NCBI GenBank assembly: GCA_046563655.1
Contig: CM102289.1
Coordinates: 6,820,001-6,884,000 of the forward strand
Direction of reading: 5' to 3'
DNA: 64,000 nucleotides
Source of the DNA: Yuukianura sp. NJ FZ-2021
Taxonomy: Eukaryota
Below the pieces are notes generated by a model, which was given only the letters and a program-made list of their open reading frames with translations, was not told where the DNA came from and made no database searches. Numbering within the stretch: the first letter of the stretch is position 1; the number at the start of each line of letters is the position of its first letter. Made by a program: the position numbers and the translations under genes. Shown piece after piece: positions 63,080-64,000 of the stretch.

Positions 63080-64000
63080 TCACACCCTCGATCTATCCAC
63101 GTATGGTTCAGTATACAACTTCAATGGATTACTAAAAAGTTCCCAAAATCCACTGTACGGAGGTGTTACTGGCAAATTGCATGCGCACCACTGCTTAGGT
63201 ATCCCAGCATCATCACAACTTCGACTCTCGGGAAGCAATTGCAAAAGATTTCGCCCGAATTTAGATGTCTTCATTTTCAATTTTGCAATTTCATCTTGGT
63301 TAGTTTCTTTTCGTCCCAGTTGAGATAAGGCTAGGAGTGTTTGGAACACGTCGTAATGGCTGACAACTTGTTTAGAATTTTGGTCTATGATGGACTCCAC
63401 TTCTGGGATGAATGTAGTAAGGCGTTGTGGGATTCGGATAAGCAAAAGTGGCAGCCGACGTTCTATTAAACCTGCGTTAGATTTTGCGTATCCACCTTGG
63501 TAGAAACCATGGTCTCCCATTACAAAAATCACAGTATTTTCCAGTAAATCCTTTGAATCTGCTATCGACTGAAAGAATTCCAGTGTCGCATTTTCGATTG
63601 TGCCCAACGTGTTGAAATAATCGTGAAAAGGCCAACATAACCAAGGCATCGTGAATGAAGGAATCAAGTTGTTCAGTTTCCTCAGAATCTTCAGTTCATA
63701 GTCGAAAAGGTATTTCCAGAATGGAGTATTCCCCAGACAACGGTCCTTTATGAAAAGAACAAAAAATTGACGAAACGGATAGACAAGGAATATCGTGTTA
63801 TAACGTACCTCGGTATTTCCGCTGAGTGCTTCCCAAGCAGTGAATAAAGGACGTGGATAAAAATCGGTCGGCGGGCGCATGAAACCCTTTTGAATATCAT
63901 AATTGAATGTTCCAATAATTGGATCGTCTTCCATGAAGGCTGTTGCGAAATTAGATCGGTGAAAATATTTCCAAATGAACTCTGTGTCATCCCAATAGTC
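63080..64000 (-). CDS. DUF229-family (alkaline phosphatase/sulfatase-like) protein, 3' part; continues beyond the window end
   Basis: FIWKYF...TAFMEDDP..GTFNY...GF..PPTDFYPRP, CLG, HD, MGDHG, ERRLP, SHYDVFQTL, RSCDDAGIP..WCAC. Probable in-frame 63-nt intron at 63808-63746. Confidence 0.85.
   Translation of the reverse strand, partial: DYWDDTEFIWKYFHRSNFATAFMEDDPIIGTFNYDIQKGFMRPPTDFYPRPLFTAWEALSGNTEVRYNTIFLVYPFRQFFVLFIKDRCLGNTPFWKYLFDYELKILRKLNNLIPSFTMPWLCWPFHDYFNTLGTIENATLEFFQSIADSKDLLENTVIFVMGDHGFYQGGYAKSNAGLIERRLPLLLIRIPQRLTTFIPEVESIIDQNSKQVVSHYDVFQTLLALSQLGRKETNQDEIAKLKMKTSKFGRNLLQLLPESRSCDDAGIPKQWCACNLPVTPPYSGFWELFSNPLKLYTEPYVDRSRV

Overview
AT-rich, intron-containing animal genomic DNA. 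ABCH transporters, an ionotropic receptor and a TATA plus TCAGTT core promoter point to an arthropod. The added bacterial-type genes suggest a soil arthropod such as a springtail, which is inference only. Layout: (1) 0.4-5.2 kb, a large inverted duplication carrying two divergent secreted S8 subtilase genes; (2) 5.2-29.6 kb, about 24 kb with no recognisable protein gene; (3) 29.7-33.2 kb, a tandem duplication carrying two 4-exon orphan genes that the ORF track shows only as fragments; (4) an intronless ionotropic receptor; (5) a hAT-type MITE with 18-bp TIRs and an 8-bp TSD; (6) a cluster of bacterial-type genes that carry spliceosomal introns: two BP74-like secreted proteins and a pantothenate synthetase (panC) with a possible targeting extension; (7) SLC22 transporters, one normal and one in-frame fusion of two paralogues predicted to give a ~947-aa, ~22-TM double transporter; (8) three tandem ABCH half-transporter genes, the third 5'-truncated; (9) the 3' part of a DUF229 gene. 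Exon boundaries were read by eye from GT-AG sites and frame continuity. No database searches were run.
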